Made by a program: the position numbers and the translations under genes. The notes under the pieces were generated by a model. It was not told the DNA's origin. It searched no databases and worked only from the letters and a program-made list of their open reading frames with translations. A DNA stretch of 63,649 nt, the filler included, from Stramenopiles sp. TOSAG23-2 (Eukaryota), in the NCBI GenBank assembly GCA_900128395.1. It is 12 parts of 12 records of this genome, joined end to end, with 100 filler letters (N's around TTAATTAATTAA, not from the genome) between each part and the next. Parts side by side here need not be neighbours in the genome. Positions count along the whole stretch, not along the records: positions 6,616 to 13,130 come from LT650453.1; positions 13,231 to 19,741 come from LT650454.1; positions 19,842 to 26,341 come from LT650455.1; 9 more parts are not named here. One strand, written 5' to 3'. Within the stretch, counting starts at the first letter, position 1, and every line of letters starts with the position of its first letter. Shown one piece after another: positions 11,855-23,200 of this stretch.

Positions 11855-12707
11855 TTAGTAGTGTGCGTGTTAGAGAGTGTTTTTTGTGACAGAACAAGAG
11901 AGACAAGCGAGATTATAACGTGTAAAAGTGTTGAAGATATGTGGTATGTGGTGGTGTGGTGGTGGTACAAGTATACGAAGTTCGTACATCAATTGCATAT
12001 TTAAAAAAGAGGTTAGAGTGTGTAGAAAGAAAGTGTTCAGTATTGAGAGAGAATCGAGAATCATAAAATATGTGTACACTAAAACTAGATTCAAATTTTA
12101 TATAAGTTATCATTATATTGTGAACGACAATTATCAATTATTTTACTCGTATATTATAAATTCCTGAATTCCACCGCTCGTATTTCACCACCACCAAGTG
12201 TAAGAAAAAACGTTTATACTGATTTGATTTCCACGCAACTGTACGATAATTCATCAATTGTCGAAAAGCTACTGAAAATAATAATATTATACCCCCTCTG
12301 TGTATGCTAAATTTAATAAACGTGATGTTTCTTTTAAATAATACACCTTCTCGGTCAAAGAAACATAAAAACACTCACACAAAATCTAATAATAAACTCT
12401 CCTAAGAGTCGTCTCAAGAGCCATCTCTCGCCGTCCTCTCCCTGTCTCTTCACTCTTTGATGACGTGGAAACATGATATTTGTGACCTCTCATTTCATCG
12501 TCTCCTTCCATTTTTTCCCTCTGGGTACCCAACTTGATACCCAACACTTATTACACACTCTCTTCACCAAGCTCAAAACATTTAAAACAAATTTTAAAAT
12601 CTCACTCTAAAACAATAACATCCAAATCGATGATTATCATAAAGGTATATAAAGACCCTTTCCCTATATATACCGTCGCATTACAAACTTTCCATCCTCC
12701 ACCCTCT

Positions 12708-13006
12708 CTATTCATCATTAATTAAACTTTTCTTTGCAATATCTAATACACCATTTTTCACAATATCTAAAATTGCGCGTCCTAATTTTAAATAATCTTC
12801 CTCTTCATTATATACATGGCAACTAATACGTATCCATAATTTATGAACAAAATGATAAATCATACTTGCTTCTATATTATAACGATGTAATAATAAATCA
12901 CGTAACATATTACATTCTTTACATGTACGATCATCATTTAAACCAGTACAATTTAAATCTGTTATTGGTAAACGTATACATGCCATAAAAGACCCTTGGT
13001 AACCAC
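12708..13006 (-). CDS. Terminal exon of a class-V PLP-dependent aminotransferase (cysteine desulfhydrase / Egt2 / isopenicillin N epimerase-like)
   Basis: MACIRLP..LLHRYNIE..LWIRISCHVYNEEEDYLKLGRAI is the characteristic C-terminus; AG acceptor at 13007-13008; upstream exons are off-contig. Confidence 0.7.
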
Positions 13007-13075
13007 CTATATGTATATACAAATGTACTGTTAGTTATTCTATTTTAATTTGTGTTTTGATACGAAGATACCGTC

Positions 13076-13076
<1 letters not shown>

Positions 13077-13130
<54 letters not shown>
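13077..13130. repeat. (GATA)n microsatellite at contig end
   Basis: gatagatagata... Confidence 0.95.
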
Positions 13131-13230
13131 NNNNNNNNNNNNNNNNNNNNNNNNNNNNNNNNNNNNNNNNNNNNTTAATTAATTAANNNNNNNNNNNNNN
13201 NNNNNNNNNNNNNNNNNNNNNNNNNNNNNN

Positions 13231-13570
13231 GCTATATAACACTAAATAGCATTATAGCTCTGGTATTATAGGTAAATAGCACCTATATAGTGATTTTAAT
13301 GTTACAATTAAGGTTATTTATACAGCAATCGTTTTGCACAGGAGAAAAATATAGGCTATATAACACTAAATAGCATTATAGCTCTGGTATTATAGGTAAA
13401 TAGCATATATAGTGATTTTAATGTTACAATTAAGGTTATTATACAGCAATCATTTTGCACAGGAGAAAAATGTAGGCTATATAACACTAAATAGCATTAT
13501 AGCTCTGGTATTATAGGTAAATAGCACCTAGTGATTTTAATGTTACAATTAAGGTTATTATACAGCAATC
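13231..13570. repeat. Tandem repeat, ~121-124 bp unit, about 2.8 copies, at contig start
   Basis: gctatataacactaaatagcattatagctctgg... at 13231, about 13355 and about 13477. Confidence 0.9.
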
Positions 13571-13700
13571 GCGGGGGCCAACAAAATATATATTTATTGC
13601 ATGCCTGGATTGAATAATAAAATATATATATAAATTGTATATGTGTGTGTAGAGACAAGTGAGTAAGTGACTGTATGTGTGAGTGTGAGTGTATGTTTGT

Positions 13701-15767
13701 ATGTCGTTTGCAAATATGGATAATATAAATTATTACAACATATTAAATGTAAAAAAAAATGCATCACATGATGAAATACGCAAAGCGTATTATCATATTT
13801 CAAGGGCTAGTCATCCAGACAAACAACAACAACATAATAATAAAGAAATAACAGAAGCATTTGTAAATATAACAAATGCCTACCAGGTATTATCTGACCC
13901 GTACAAACGGGAAATTTATGATCATTTTGGTTTGGATGGGGTAGAAGTGTATCTTGCTAATTTAAATAAAGATTTGGAAACGTCAGAAATTGATGAAAAT
14001 AAAGGTTTAACTATATACGATACACCGATTAATCGTTTGGTACAGCGTATGATGACAAATATAAAAGAATTGGAGGCAGCAAAATTTCATCATCATTTAA
14101 AAGCTAATTGTGCTGTAATGGTAGATATCAATGCAAATCATTTCATAACACCACCGGATGGGTATAATAATTTCATGGACAATAACGATAATATATCAAC
14201 ATTGGAACGAATAGATCGAAGAGTTGATTTATTTGAAATATCTTCCATTGTATTTCAACAATCAGTCAGTGCAAATTTATCAAGTAAAGATACATTAACA
14301 ATTGGTGGTTATTGCGTAACACGTGGTGGCCTTGGTTATGGGGATGTGAAATTAACATGGGATTCAGATTTAGATGAATATACGGATATGAGGATAGGAA
14401 CAACATTTGGACATGAAAATTCATTGATGTGTGAAATAGGGCGTAATATAACAGAAGATGATAATATTACATTAAAATGGAAAAAAAAACGTGGGGAGGA
14501 TGATACAACAATTGATTTATCTTATAAACGTAAATTAGATGAAAATACATCAGTAATAGTAACTGCATCAAATCCATTTGATGAGATTAGGAATAGTGTA
14601 AAAGTAGGATATGAAACAACAGAAGGCCGTATAAAAAGTGATTACAACCTTTCATTTTCACCAACAGATATTGATTTTAATATCGGAAAGAAACATACAT
14701 CAAATGATGGTAAAACTAGTCATAAAATCGGCTTTCGAACGGAAGGAACTCGTAGTTTTGGTTTGGAATTTGGTCGAACAGTAACATTATCAGAACGTAG
14801 TGTATTAGCAACTACCATTAGTTTTGGTGTAAGTGGTGTCAAATTGAATTTAAAATATGCACGTGGTTTCATGCGTTTTGTTGTACCAATTACTATTTCA
14901 AAAGTTAGTTTTATTGGTAAAATGCTATCGTTATGGATTAGCAGTGATGGGACATATGATTTAGATTTTGATTGGAATGATTTATCATATGATATCTGGT
15001 CCACCTTGGGTTTATTTGCATTTAGTGCTGTATTGGAACGTGGTTATCTATTACGAAAAAAACAAAAGAAAAAATTGAAAAACTTAATAAAACTTGCTGA
15101 AAGTATGTCAGAAAAACGTGAAAAAGCACATGCACAACAACGAATGATTGAAACTGCTGCTAGAAAAGTTGAATTAAAAGAATCCATTAATGGTGGATTA
15201 GTAATTTTAATTGCTAGATATGGTAAAAATATTCGAACATCGTATCCATGGAAACAAGAAGTAACGGATAATTTGGATGAATACCATCGTAGCAATGATG
15301 ATGATAACAACAATACTGCTACGAATAATAATAATACGGAAACAACATATGATGATGATTGGATCGATGATTCTGATTCAGATGATGGTGAATTGTATGA
15401 TGAAGATGTATCATCATTTAAAAAAAAATGTAAATCGATGCATTTACCATCAAATGTTGATGTTAAAATACCATTACAATTTATGGTGAAAAATTCAACA
15501 TTATCAATTGAACCTGGTAATCGCGGAATGTTAGGTTTTTATAAACCTAATGTTTGTATTGATTCCATTTTATATATACGATATGCATATAATGGTAAGA
15601 TTTATGAAGCAGAATTTACTGATTTAGAATTAGTTTTATTACCATCACCAAATGCGATAGATACAGGTGAAACATTTCGTCCTGTATCAAAAGAAGCAAG
15701 AGATGCTTTAGATGCAAGGAAACGGGAAGCAATGGCTAGAACACGAAGTGCATTGAATAGGAAGTAG
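13701..15767 (+). CDS. DNAJC11: DNAJC11-like J-domain protein
   Basis: N-terminal J domain (NYYNILNV..HPDK..AYQVLSDPYKREIYD); C-terminal DUF3395-like region GLVILIARYG..VDVKIPLQFMV..MLGFYKP..LYIRYAY. Confidence 0.85.
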   Translation: MSFANMDNINYYNILNVKKNASHDEIRKAYYHISRASHPDKQQQHNNKEITEAFVNITNAYQVLSDPYKREIYDHFGLDGVEVYLANLNKDLETSEIDENKGLTIYDTPINRLVQRMMTNIKELEAAKFHHHLKANCAVMVDINANHFITPPDGYNNFMDNNDNISTLERIDRRVDLFEISSIVFQQSVSANLSSKDTLTIGGYCVTRGGLGYGDVKLTWDSDLDEYTDMRIGTTFGHENSLMCEIGRNITEDDNITLKWKKKRGEDDTTIDLSYKRKLDENTSVIVTASNPFDEIRNSVKVGYETTEGRIKSDYNLSFSPTDIDFNIGKKHTSNDGKTSHKIGFRTEGTRSFGLEFGRTVTLSERSVLATTISFGVSGVKLNLKYARGFMRFVVPITISKVSFIGKMLSLWISSDGTYDLDFDWNDLSYDIWSTLGLFAFSAVLERGYLLRKKQKKKLKNLIKLAESMSEKREKAHAQQRMIETAARKVELKESINGGLVILIARYGKNIRTSYPWKQEVTDNLDEYHRSNDDDNNNTATNNNNTETTYDDDWIDDSDSDDGELYDEDVSSFKKKCKSMHLPSNVDVKIPLQFMVKNSTLSIEPGNRGMLGFYKPNVCIDSILYIRYAYNGKIYEAEFTDLELVLLPSPNAIDTGETFRPVSKEARDALDARKREAMARTRSALNRK

Positions 15768-16029
15768 ATATCATGTGTGTGACGTGTGGTGTGTGTATTT
15801 TTTGATATTTTTATAAACATATTTTTGTTGTGTATTATCCATAACTACATTATCTATCTATCTACAACTACATTTTGGTACTCTGTCACTATCTATGCTT
15901 CAGTTATTGTTGTATTCTTTTTTGAATAGTAAAAAAGAAGTATCATCACTCAAAAAAAAAATAATAATATCTAAATTGAATTATATTTTATAAATGTCGT
16001 TACGTCGTATAACTCTCCGAATTTAGTTT

Positions 16030-16443
16030 TTACCCTTCATTTTTGGATATGATATTATATTCTCTTAAATCACGTAGTGATAAATTATTTGTTTGATTTA
16101 GTTTTAGAATTAAATATAAACATGCAAATGGACTACCTAAACAATTAATTAAAATTACCCATAATACTCCTTTCAATAAAGGCTCCGAACATAATATAAT
16201 AGTTGATAAACATGCACTTAACACATAGAAATCACCAACAGTGGTAAACAGCCAGATTTTTGTCCATTCATTACTATTTGGTTGAAATGGAAAAAGTGGT
16301 TGTTGCATACAAGTATCATAAAGGGTAATTGCAAATAATATCCCAATAACAGCTAAAAATCCTTGTACTAACAATTGGTATTTCATTTTTCTTGTTGTGG
16401 ATGATGATCTGTAGTTTGCAATATCTGTAATATCTAAATCCAT
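16030..16443 (-). CDS. DUF1475-like small membrane protein
   Basis: WTKIWLFTTVGDFYVLS..SEP...VLWVILINCLGSPFACLY pattern. Confidence 0.6.
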   Translation of the reverse strand: MDLDITDIANYRSSSTTRKMKYQLLVQGFLAVIGILFAITLYDTCMQQPLFPFQPNSNEWTKIWLFTTVGDFYVLSACLSTIILCSEPLLKGVLWVILINCLGSPFACLYLILKLNQTNNLSLRDLREYNIISKNEG

Positions 16444-16748
16444 ATATATATATATATGGTATATAATATAGACGATATCGAAAATATCTATTTATCTCTT
16501 ACTTTTCTTTTGGGAAAACTATATGTATACACACCTAGACGACACACACTTTCATCAATATATATATAAGTTAAGAGTTTTTATTTATTCGATCGATCAA
16601 TTTTTATTATTTATTTTTACCCAAAACAATATTAACCTTAAAAATGGAAGAATCTTTTGAACCCATTTAAGGACAATGGCAGGGGAAGTATAATTTAAGG
16701 AAAAGTCAACATGAATTCAAAATACATCAATTTTCAAAACAATGTTCA

Positions 16749-17118
16749 CACCTATCAAATGACATATAATTTATACTTAAGTGAAATTAGAATATCACAG
16801 GAAAAATATACAAATCTCGTATCTCACCTATCAAATGACATATAATTTATACTTAAGTGAAATTAGAATATCACAGGAAAAATATTCAAATCTCGTATCT
16901 CACCTATCAAATGACATATAATTTATACTTAAGTGAAATTAGAATATCACAGGAAAAATATTCAAATCTCGTATCTCACCTATCAAATGACATATAATTT
17001 ATACTTAAGTGAAATTAGAATATCACAGGAAAAATATACAAATCTCGTATCACAACCCTAATCCTAACATAACACTATCAAATGACATATAATTTGTACT
17101 TGAATGGTATATTAGAAT
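16749..17118. repeat. Tandem repeat, 76-bp unit, 4 near-identical copies plus 1 degenerate copy
   Basis: cacctatcaaatgacatataatttatacttaagtg... starts at 16749, 16825, 16901 and 16977; degenerate copy from about 17073. Confidence 0.95.
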
Positions 17119-17476
17119 ACAACCACACCACAATCTTCCTCAATTTCATCAGAGCCAACCATTCCGATGCACAAATTGACATCATCACGCATATCAAGCA
17201 AAAATAATTAAAAATATCAAAATGGACATGAATATTACAAGTACAATATATATACCTCCATGTACCTGTTGTGTATATACTAAATGGTTAGTATACGAAT
17301 AAACACGCCTATTGATTTCTCGCTCCCTTATTACACATAACATTTTTATACATTATAAATAAATAAATAAAACATACATCCAAGTGTAGACGACAGAGAG
17401 TAGGATACGTAAATACCAAGTAACTAACATTCATATTCGTACCGTGTATAACTATAACAGATATATAATATACAAC

Positions 17477-19270
17477 ATGTCGACGTATAAAAAATTAAAA
17501 AAACAACAAGATGAAGAATCATCATCGTCATCATCAGGTTCCAGCTCATCCTCTGGTTCAGATTCCGACTCGTCTTCCTCCTCCTCCTCAGACTCAGAAA
17601 CAAGTGACCATGAAGAAGAAGAACAACAACAAGAACTTACAATTACAAAAACAAACAATGGCACTGAAAATAATAAGAAACGTAAAGCAAGTGATGATAA
17701 CAACAACGATGAAACAAATGATAAATCTACAACATCATCGAAACGATTGAAAAAAAAAGATGATTTCTTTGCATCAGAACGTTTTTCTGATTTACCATTA
17801 TCAGAACAAACACAACGTGCTTTAAAAGATATGGGATTTACAAAAGCAACTCCAATACAAGCAAAAAGTTTACCACCATTACTTGCCGGAAAAGATTTAC
17901 TTGGTGCAGCAAAAACAGGTTCCGGTAAAACACTAGCATTTCTAATACCAACGATTGAATTATTATCAAAAGTACATTTTATGTCACGTAACGGTACCGG
18001 TGCAGTTATTATCTCCCCAACACGTGAATTAGCATTACAAATATATGGTGTAGCAAGAGATTTATGTCAATATCATTCACAAACACATGGTATTGTGATG
18101 GGTGGTGCAAATCGACGTGCGGAAGCAGAACGTTTGATCAAAGGTGTTAATTTATTATGTGCTACTCCTGGTCGTTTATTAGATCATTTACAAAATACAA
18201 AAGGATTTGTATATAAGAATTTATTAGCATTAATCATTGATGAAGCAGATCGTATCTTGGAAATTGGTTTTGAAGAGGAAATGAATCAAATCATGCGTTT
18301 GTTACCAAAAACAAGGCAAACGATGTTGTTTTCTGCTACACAAACGAAAAAAGTGGAAGATTTAGCACGTTTAAGTATCAATTCAAAGCCAATTTTTGTT
18401 GGCATTGATGATAACGATGAAGAAGCAACCGTATCTACGTTGGAACAAGGCTATGTTGTCTGTCCAAGTGATGAGCGATTTTTATTATTATTTACATTTT
18501 TAAAACGTAATTTAAAGAAAAAAATCATTGTTTTCTTTAGTAGTTGTAATAGTGTAAAATTTCATTCGGAATTGTTAAATTATATTGATATTCCATGTTT
18601 GGATATTCATGGTAAAATGAAACAACAAAAACGTACGACGACGTTTTTTGAATATTGCAATGCAAAAAGTGGCATATTATGTGCAACGGATGTTGCTGCA
18701 AGAGGTTTAGATATACCTAAAGTCGATTGGATTATACAATATGATCCACCAGATGATCCAAAAGAATATATACATCGTGTTGGAAGGACTGCAAGAGGTG
18801 CATCTGGAAGTGGACGTGCCTTGTTGTTTTTATTACCAAGTGAATTAGGATTTTTAAAATATTTACGCGCTGCAAAAGCTAATTTAAATGAATATGAATT
18901 TCCACGTAAAAAAATTGCAAATGTACAGTCACAATTAGAACAGTTAGTTGATAAAAATTATTATTTAAATCGAAGTGCAAGGGATGGATATCGTAGTTAT
19001 TTATTAGCATATGCTAGTCATGGGCATAAAAATATATTTGATGTACATTCTTTAGATTTACAAGCAGTATCTAAAGGTTTTGGATTTAATATACCACCAA
19101 AAGTAAATTTAAATTTTAAATTTACTGGAAAAGGTGTCCGTCGTGATGGTCGTGGTGGTCGTAATAATAATAATAATAAAAGTAAATATGGTTCCAGCGG
19201 CCATGTTTTTAGTGCATCAAATCCATATGGGAAAAAGAAAAGTGGCGATAAACGTCAATTTCAACGTTGA
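17477..19270 (+). CDS. HAS1: ATP-dependent DEAD-box RNA helicase HAS1/DDX18
   Basis: [66 protein letters not shown]. Confidence 0.95.
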   Translation: MSTYKKLKKQQDEESSSSSSGSSSSSGSDSDSSSSSSSDSETSDHEEEEQQQELTITKTNNGTENNKKRKASDDNNNDETNDKSTTSSKRLKKKDDFFASERFSDLPLSEQTQRALKDMGFTKATPIQAKSLPPLLAGKDLLGAAKTGSGKTLAFLIPTIELLSKVHFMSRNGTGAVIISPTRELALQIYGVARDLCQYHSQTHGIVMGGANRRAEAERLIKGVNLLCATPGRLLDHLQNTKGFVYKNLLALIIDEADRILEIGFEEEMNQIMRLLPKTRQTMLFSATQTKKVEDLARLSINSKPIFVGIDDNDEEATVSTLEQGYVVCPSDERFLLLFTFLKRNLKKKIIVFFSSCNSVKFHSELLNYIDIPCLDIHGKMKQQKRTTTFFEYCNAKSGILCATDVAARGLDIPKVDWIIQYDPPDDPKEYIHRVGRTARGASGSGRALLFLLPSELGFLKYLRAAKANLNEYEFPRKKIANVQSQLEQLVDKNYYLNRSARDGYRSYLLAYASHGHKNIFDVHSLDLQAVSKGFGFNIPPKVNLNFKFTGKGVRRDGRGGRNNNNNKSKYGSSGHVFSASNPYGKKKSGDKRQFQR

Positions 19271-19683
19271 GAGAGTGTTTTTTTACTACTCGTATAGCAG
19301 AGAGAGCAGTGCGTACATAATATACAGAGAAAGGTGAGCGATATAAAAAAGGTATGTTGATGGTTTTTAATCAAAAGGGAGCGAGTGTATTTTACGAAGT
19401 GTAAAAAAATGATATATTTTCTAATAGATTTACGTTCGTAAATATTACGAGTATATACGTAAAAAATATGCTCTGTGTGCGACGAGAGTGTATTTTTATT
19501 TTCTACGGATTCGTAGGTACTTCGTATTCATTTTAATTTCTTTTTTTTCTTCTGTTTTTTACATTTTTTTACATTTTTTATTCTGTGAATAACATTTCTA
19601 TATATGGCACTTTCGTACGAAGCGTACTGAGGTCCGTATAATACCTAAATTTGGTGTTCTGCGCTCTCTCCCCATCTCTCTCC

Positions 19684-19733
19684 TTTTCTTTTCTTTTCTT
19701 TTCTTTTCTTTTCTTTTCTTTTCTTTTCTTTTC
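19684..19733. repeat. (CTTTT)n microsatellite
   Basis: cttttcttttctttt... Confidence 0.9.
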
Positions 19734-20242
19734 TATTTTTGNNNNNNNNNNNNNNNNNNNNNNNNNNNNNNNNNNNNNNNNNNNNTTAATTAATTAANNN
19801 NNNNNNNNNNNNNNNNNNNNNNNNNNNNNNNNNNNNNNNNNCATATGTAGATATGAGATATACAATATATACCGTAAATAAATCTTTTCCTTTATTGGAT
19901 AATTTCGTCATAATGTTCATATAGAATAAATATCATAAATTAGGTGAAAAAAGAAAATGTTGAATGAAACAAATCTATTTTTGTATACATCGTTCTATCT
20001 CTCATCATCGCATATATATATATATATAAATGATTAATTTTAATATAAAATTCAAATTTGTAATGTTTTAAAATATGATAAACTAACAAGTACATATGAA
20101 TATATATACAATTATTTTTTATAAAATTTCAAAAAAAGTATAAAATATGGAAAATTATTTACAAAAATTTTTAAAAAGTTTAATACACACGCCTTCACTT
20201 CACAGACGAGACTTCCATTTTACATTTCTTCCCTTCATCACT

Positions 20243-23200
20243 TTAAATATTCTCTGTCTTGGTCACTTCTACATCTACTGCTATGCACATTGGCTTATCG
20301 CCGCATTGCTCAATTGATTTTGCTTTGCATTTCTCATCACCACAACTAACACAATTGATTTTTAAATTCGATAATTCTTTACAGACTTTTAATTTACCTT
20401 TTTTACCAACTTTATGTAAACAATTAAAAGTACATTTTTCTTTTGGTATATCGATTTTATCTGCCCATGATGATGACGCTTCTTCTTTGTTTGCATCACT
20501 TTCTTCTCCAATCGTTGATGATGATGGCCATGCATTGTCAAATCCAAGGGGGCAAAATCCTAAATGATCCGTATCGCATGGATCACTCGTCACACCTTTA
20601 CCTTTAAACTTAGTAAATTCAGCTGATATTGCTTGTCTATATTCTTCAAGCAAATCGGATAATTTACGATCAGATCCTTTAAAATCAAATTGTATCATTC
20701 CAGCAACTCTTTTCGTGAAACCTTTATTAGTGCAATCAAGAAATTGTTTATTTGATTTTTTCAGATCAGCAATTACATCCTCGTCAATACTTCGTGTACT
20801 TGGATGGCATATCGTAGTTCGTAAATCAAATAGGGTTGGGTCGGAATATTTGTTTCTATTTTCAGATTGTTTCGCACTGATAAATAAATTGCATTTTTGC
20901 ATACAACGATCTTCTCTATTTGGGAGATAATGTTTACAGACTGTGGCACAATCTTTAACATTTGCTTCGTAACTTTGTTCACCGCTACGTTCTTGCTTAA
21001 CGTTATAGATGTACTTTTTGTTAAATGCATGTTGACACATGCCACAAATTGCATTATCTAACGATTTCGTTTCGCTATTTGGTAAAAAGCCATTGGACAA
21101 TTCCATATCTTGTAAAAGCGCATGTGGTTTCGAAATGGTTATATAATCATATTCACCAGCTTTTGCTTCGTTTTCTCTTGCTAAAAATGGAACGGTAAAT
21201 ACAATATCTTGTTTTTTTTCCGGTAATAAGGAAACATCAAATCGAAATCCATCCGGTTTGCATTGTTTATATGCATTTTTACCTTGATTACCGACCGGTT
21301 GGTGGTCTTCCGGTATTATCCAATGTCCAGAGCTACACAATGTATATGCATCAATTCCACGAGTTGGTTTTGTTTCTAATATTGACCTAGCAGCGCAATT
21401 TAGTAGTTTTAATGGAGATCTCTCGTTCTCCCCAAACTTAGCTTTTGCCAATTCAAGATTATTTGCTTGCATGACTTCATCTTTTAAACGGCAACTTTGT
21501 CCAAGATGCATATCACCTACTTTAAATTGATATTCACAAAATGTTTGTGGGATACATTTGGAAAATCGGTATGAATATTTGCAACCAGCATTACTTTTTG
21601 GTCGTCCTTCTTGATTTACTAAAGATTTTGGCTCATCGTCCATGACAATGTCTTTATTAATTGCACGACAACTGGTACCTAAATTCATATCACCCATTTC
21701 CCATTGGTATGAACAATGTTTCCGTGGGTGGCATCTAGCTTTTTTAGCATCCCATGAACAATCACCGTCGGTAATATGTGCACTGCTACCTGCTTCGTCA
21801 CCTTTAAGTGCTTTAAATTTCATTAACCCAGCTTCTTTCAAATGGTATCTTCTTAACTTTCGATGATGATTCAAGTGGTGATGATGGCGATTTTTTCTTA
21901 ATTTCCTTGCACGTTCCATTTCCAAAAACGACGACGACGAGGAGGATTCTTCATTTGAATCATCACTTCCACGTACTGTCTCAATATTTCCGGAACGTGT
22001 TAATTTTGGTTTTTTTACTTCACGTACTGTTTTTATATTTCCAGTACGTGTTAATTTTGGTTTTACTTCACGTACTGTCTTTACATTTCCCATACGTGTT
22101 AATTTTGGTTTATTTGATTCTTCATTCGATTCTTCGTCTTGTTTGTATACATCACTTCCACGTTCCACCTTTACATTTCCAGAACGTGTTAATTTTGGTT
22201 TCATTTTTTTAATATTTCCAATCCTGTTCAATTTTCCAGCATTACAGCCTTGTAAAAATTGTTCCGCAGTAAAATATGCTTCTTCCGGCATTTGTTTCCC
22301 TGGATACGTCTCGCGTCGAAAAATACTTTTCAAATATCCAAATGTCGGTTGCGTAATAAAATTAAACCAATTTGCCACTCCGCCGAGTCTAGTTTGAAAT
22401 GGTGCAAAAACTTTACCAGGTACATTGAACAAATATGCTGATCGTACTTTACCAATTTTACTATCAGGCTTTTTGTCTTTATTATTTTCTTCTATAATTT
22501 TAGCCCTCTTGTTTTTACTGAACAATGATATTCCCATCGCTTTCATCAATTCAAATGCATTTCTTTCTTTGCCTTCAACTGCATTTGCTATCATATCGAT
22601 ATATCCCACATCGTCATATGTGCAATCAAGTCCTACGGCACCTAAACTTCTACTAAGTGGATCGTTTACATCTCCTTTTTTCCAACTATTTGCCAAACTT
22701 CCCATCATCCTTTCAATAGATAACGCTTTTAAACAGGCACGTACAATTTTAACTATACTGCCTTTTTTACCTGCACTCGGAGCATCATGAAAGGTCTCAA
22801 ATGCATGTGGTGGTATATCATGCTCTGCAAGTTCCGTTGTAAAATCAACTATCGAGGAACGGTCTGGTAATAGTTTCACTAATTCTTTGTACTTTTCATC
22901 CTCTTTAACATTTTCCAAATTAGTTAGTAATTTAAAAATTTCACCACGTGCTGCTTGAAAAATAAGTTTTACCGCATTTCGTATTGCTATCGATGTAAGT
23001 CCTTGTGCAAGTACTTTTTGAGGTATATCATCTGTCTCCCGTAACCAACGTAAATTTCCCCTGGCTTCCGGCGTATCCCCAATCACAGCAGCAGCACCTG
23101 GTATGGTTTGAAAAGCATAATGTGCAAACAATATTTCCCATCCAAAACGACCTAATTCATGCGTGAAATGATGTTCAAACTTTTCTGCCCCTGGTGGCAA

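Noticed and set aside
16749-17050. CRISPR-like appearance of the 76-bp array (also 13231-13570)
   Set aside because: Whole units are near identical with no unique spacers, there are no cas genes, and the context is eukaryotic.
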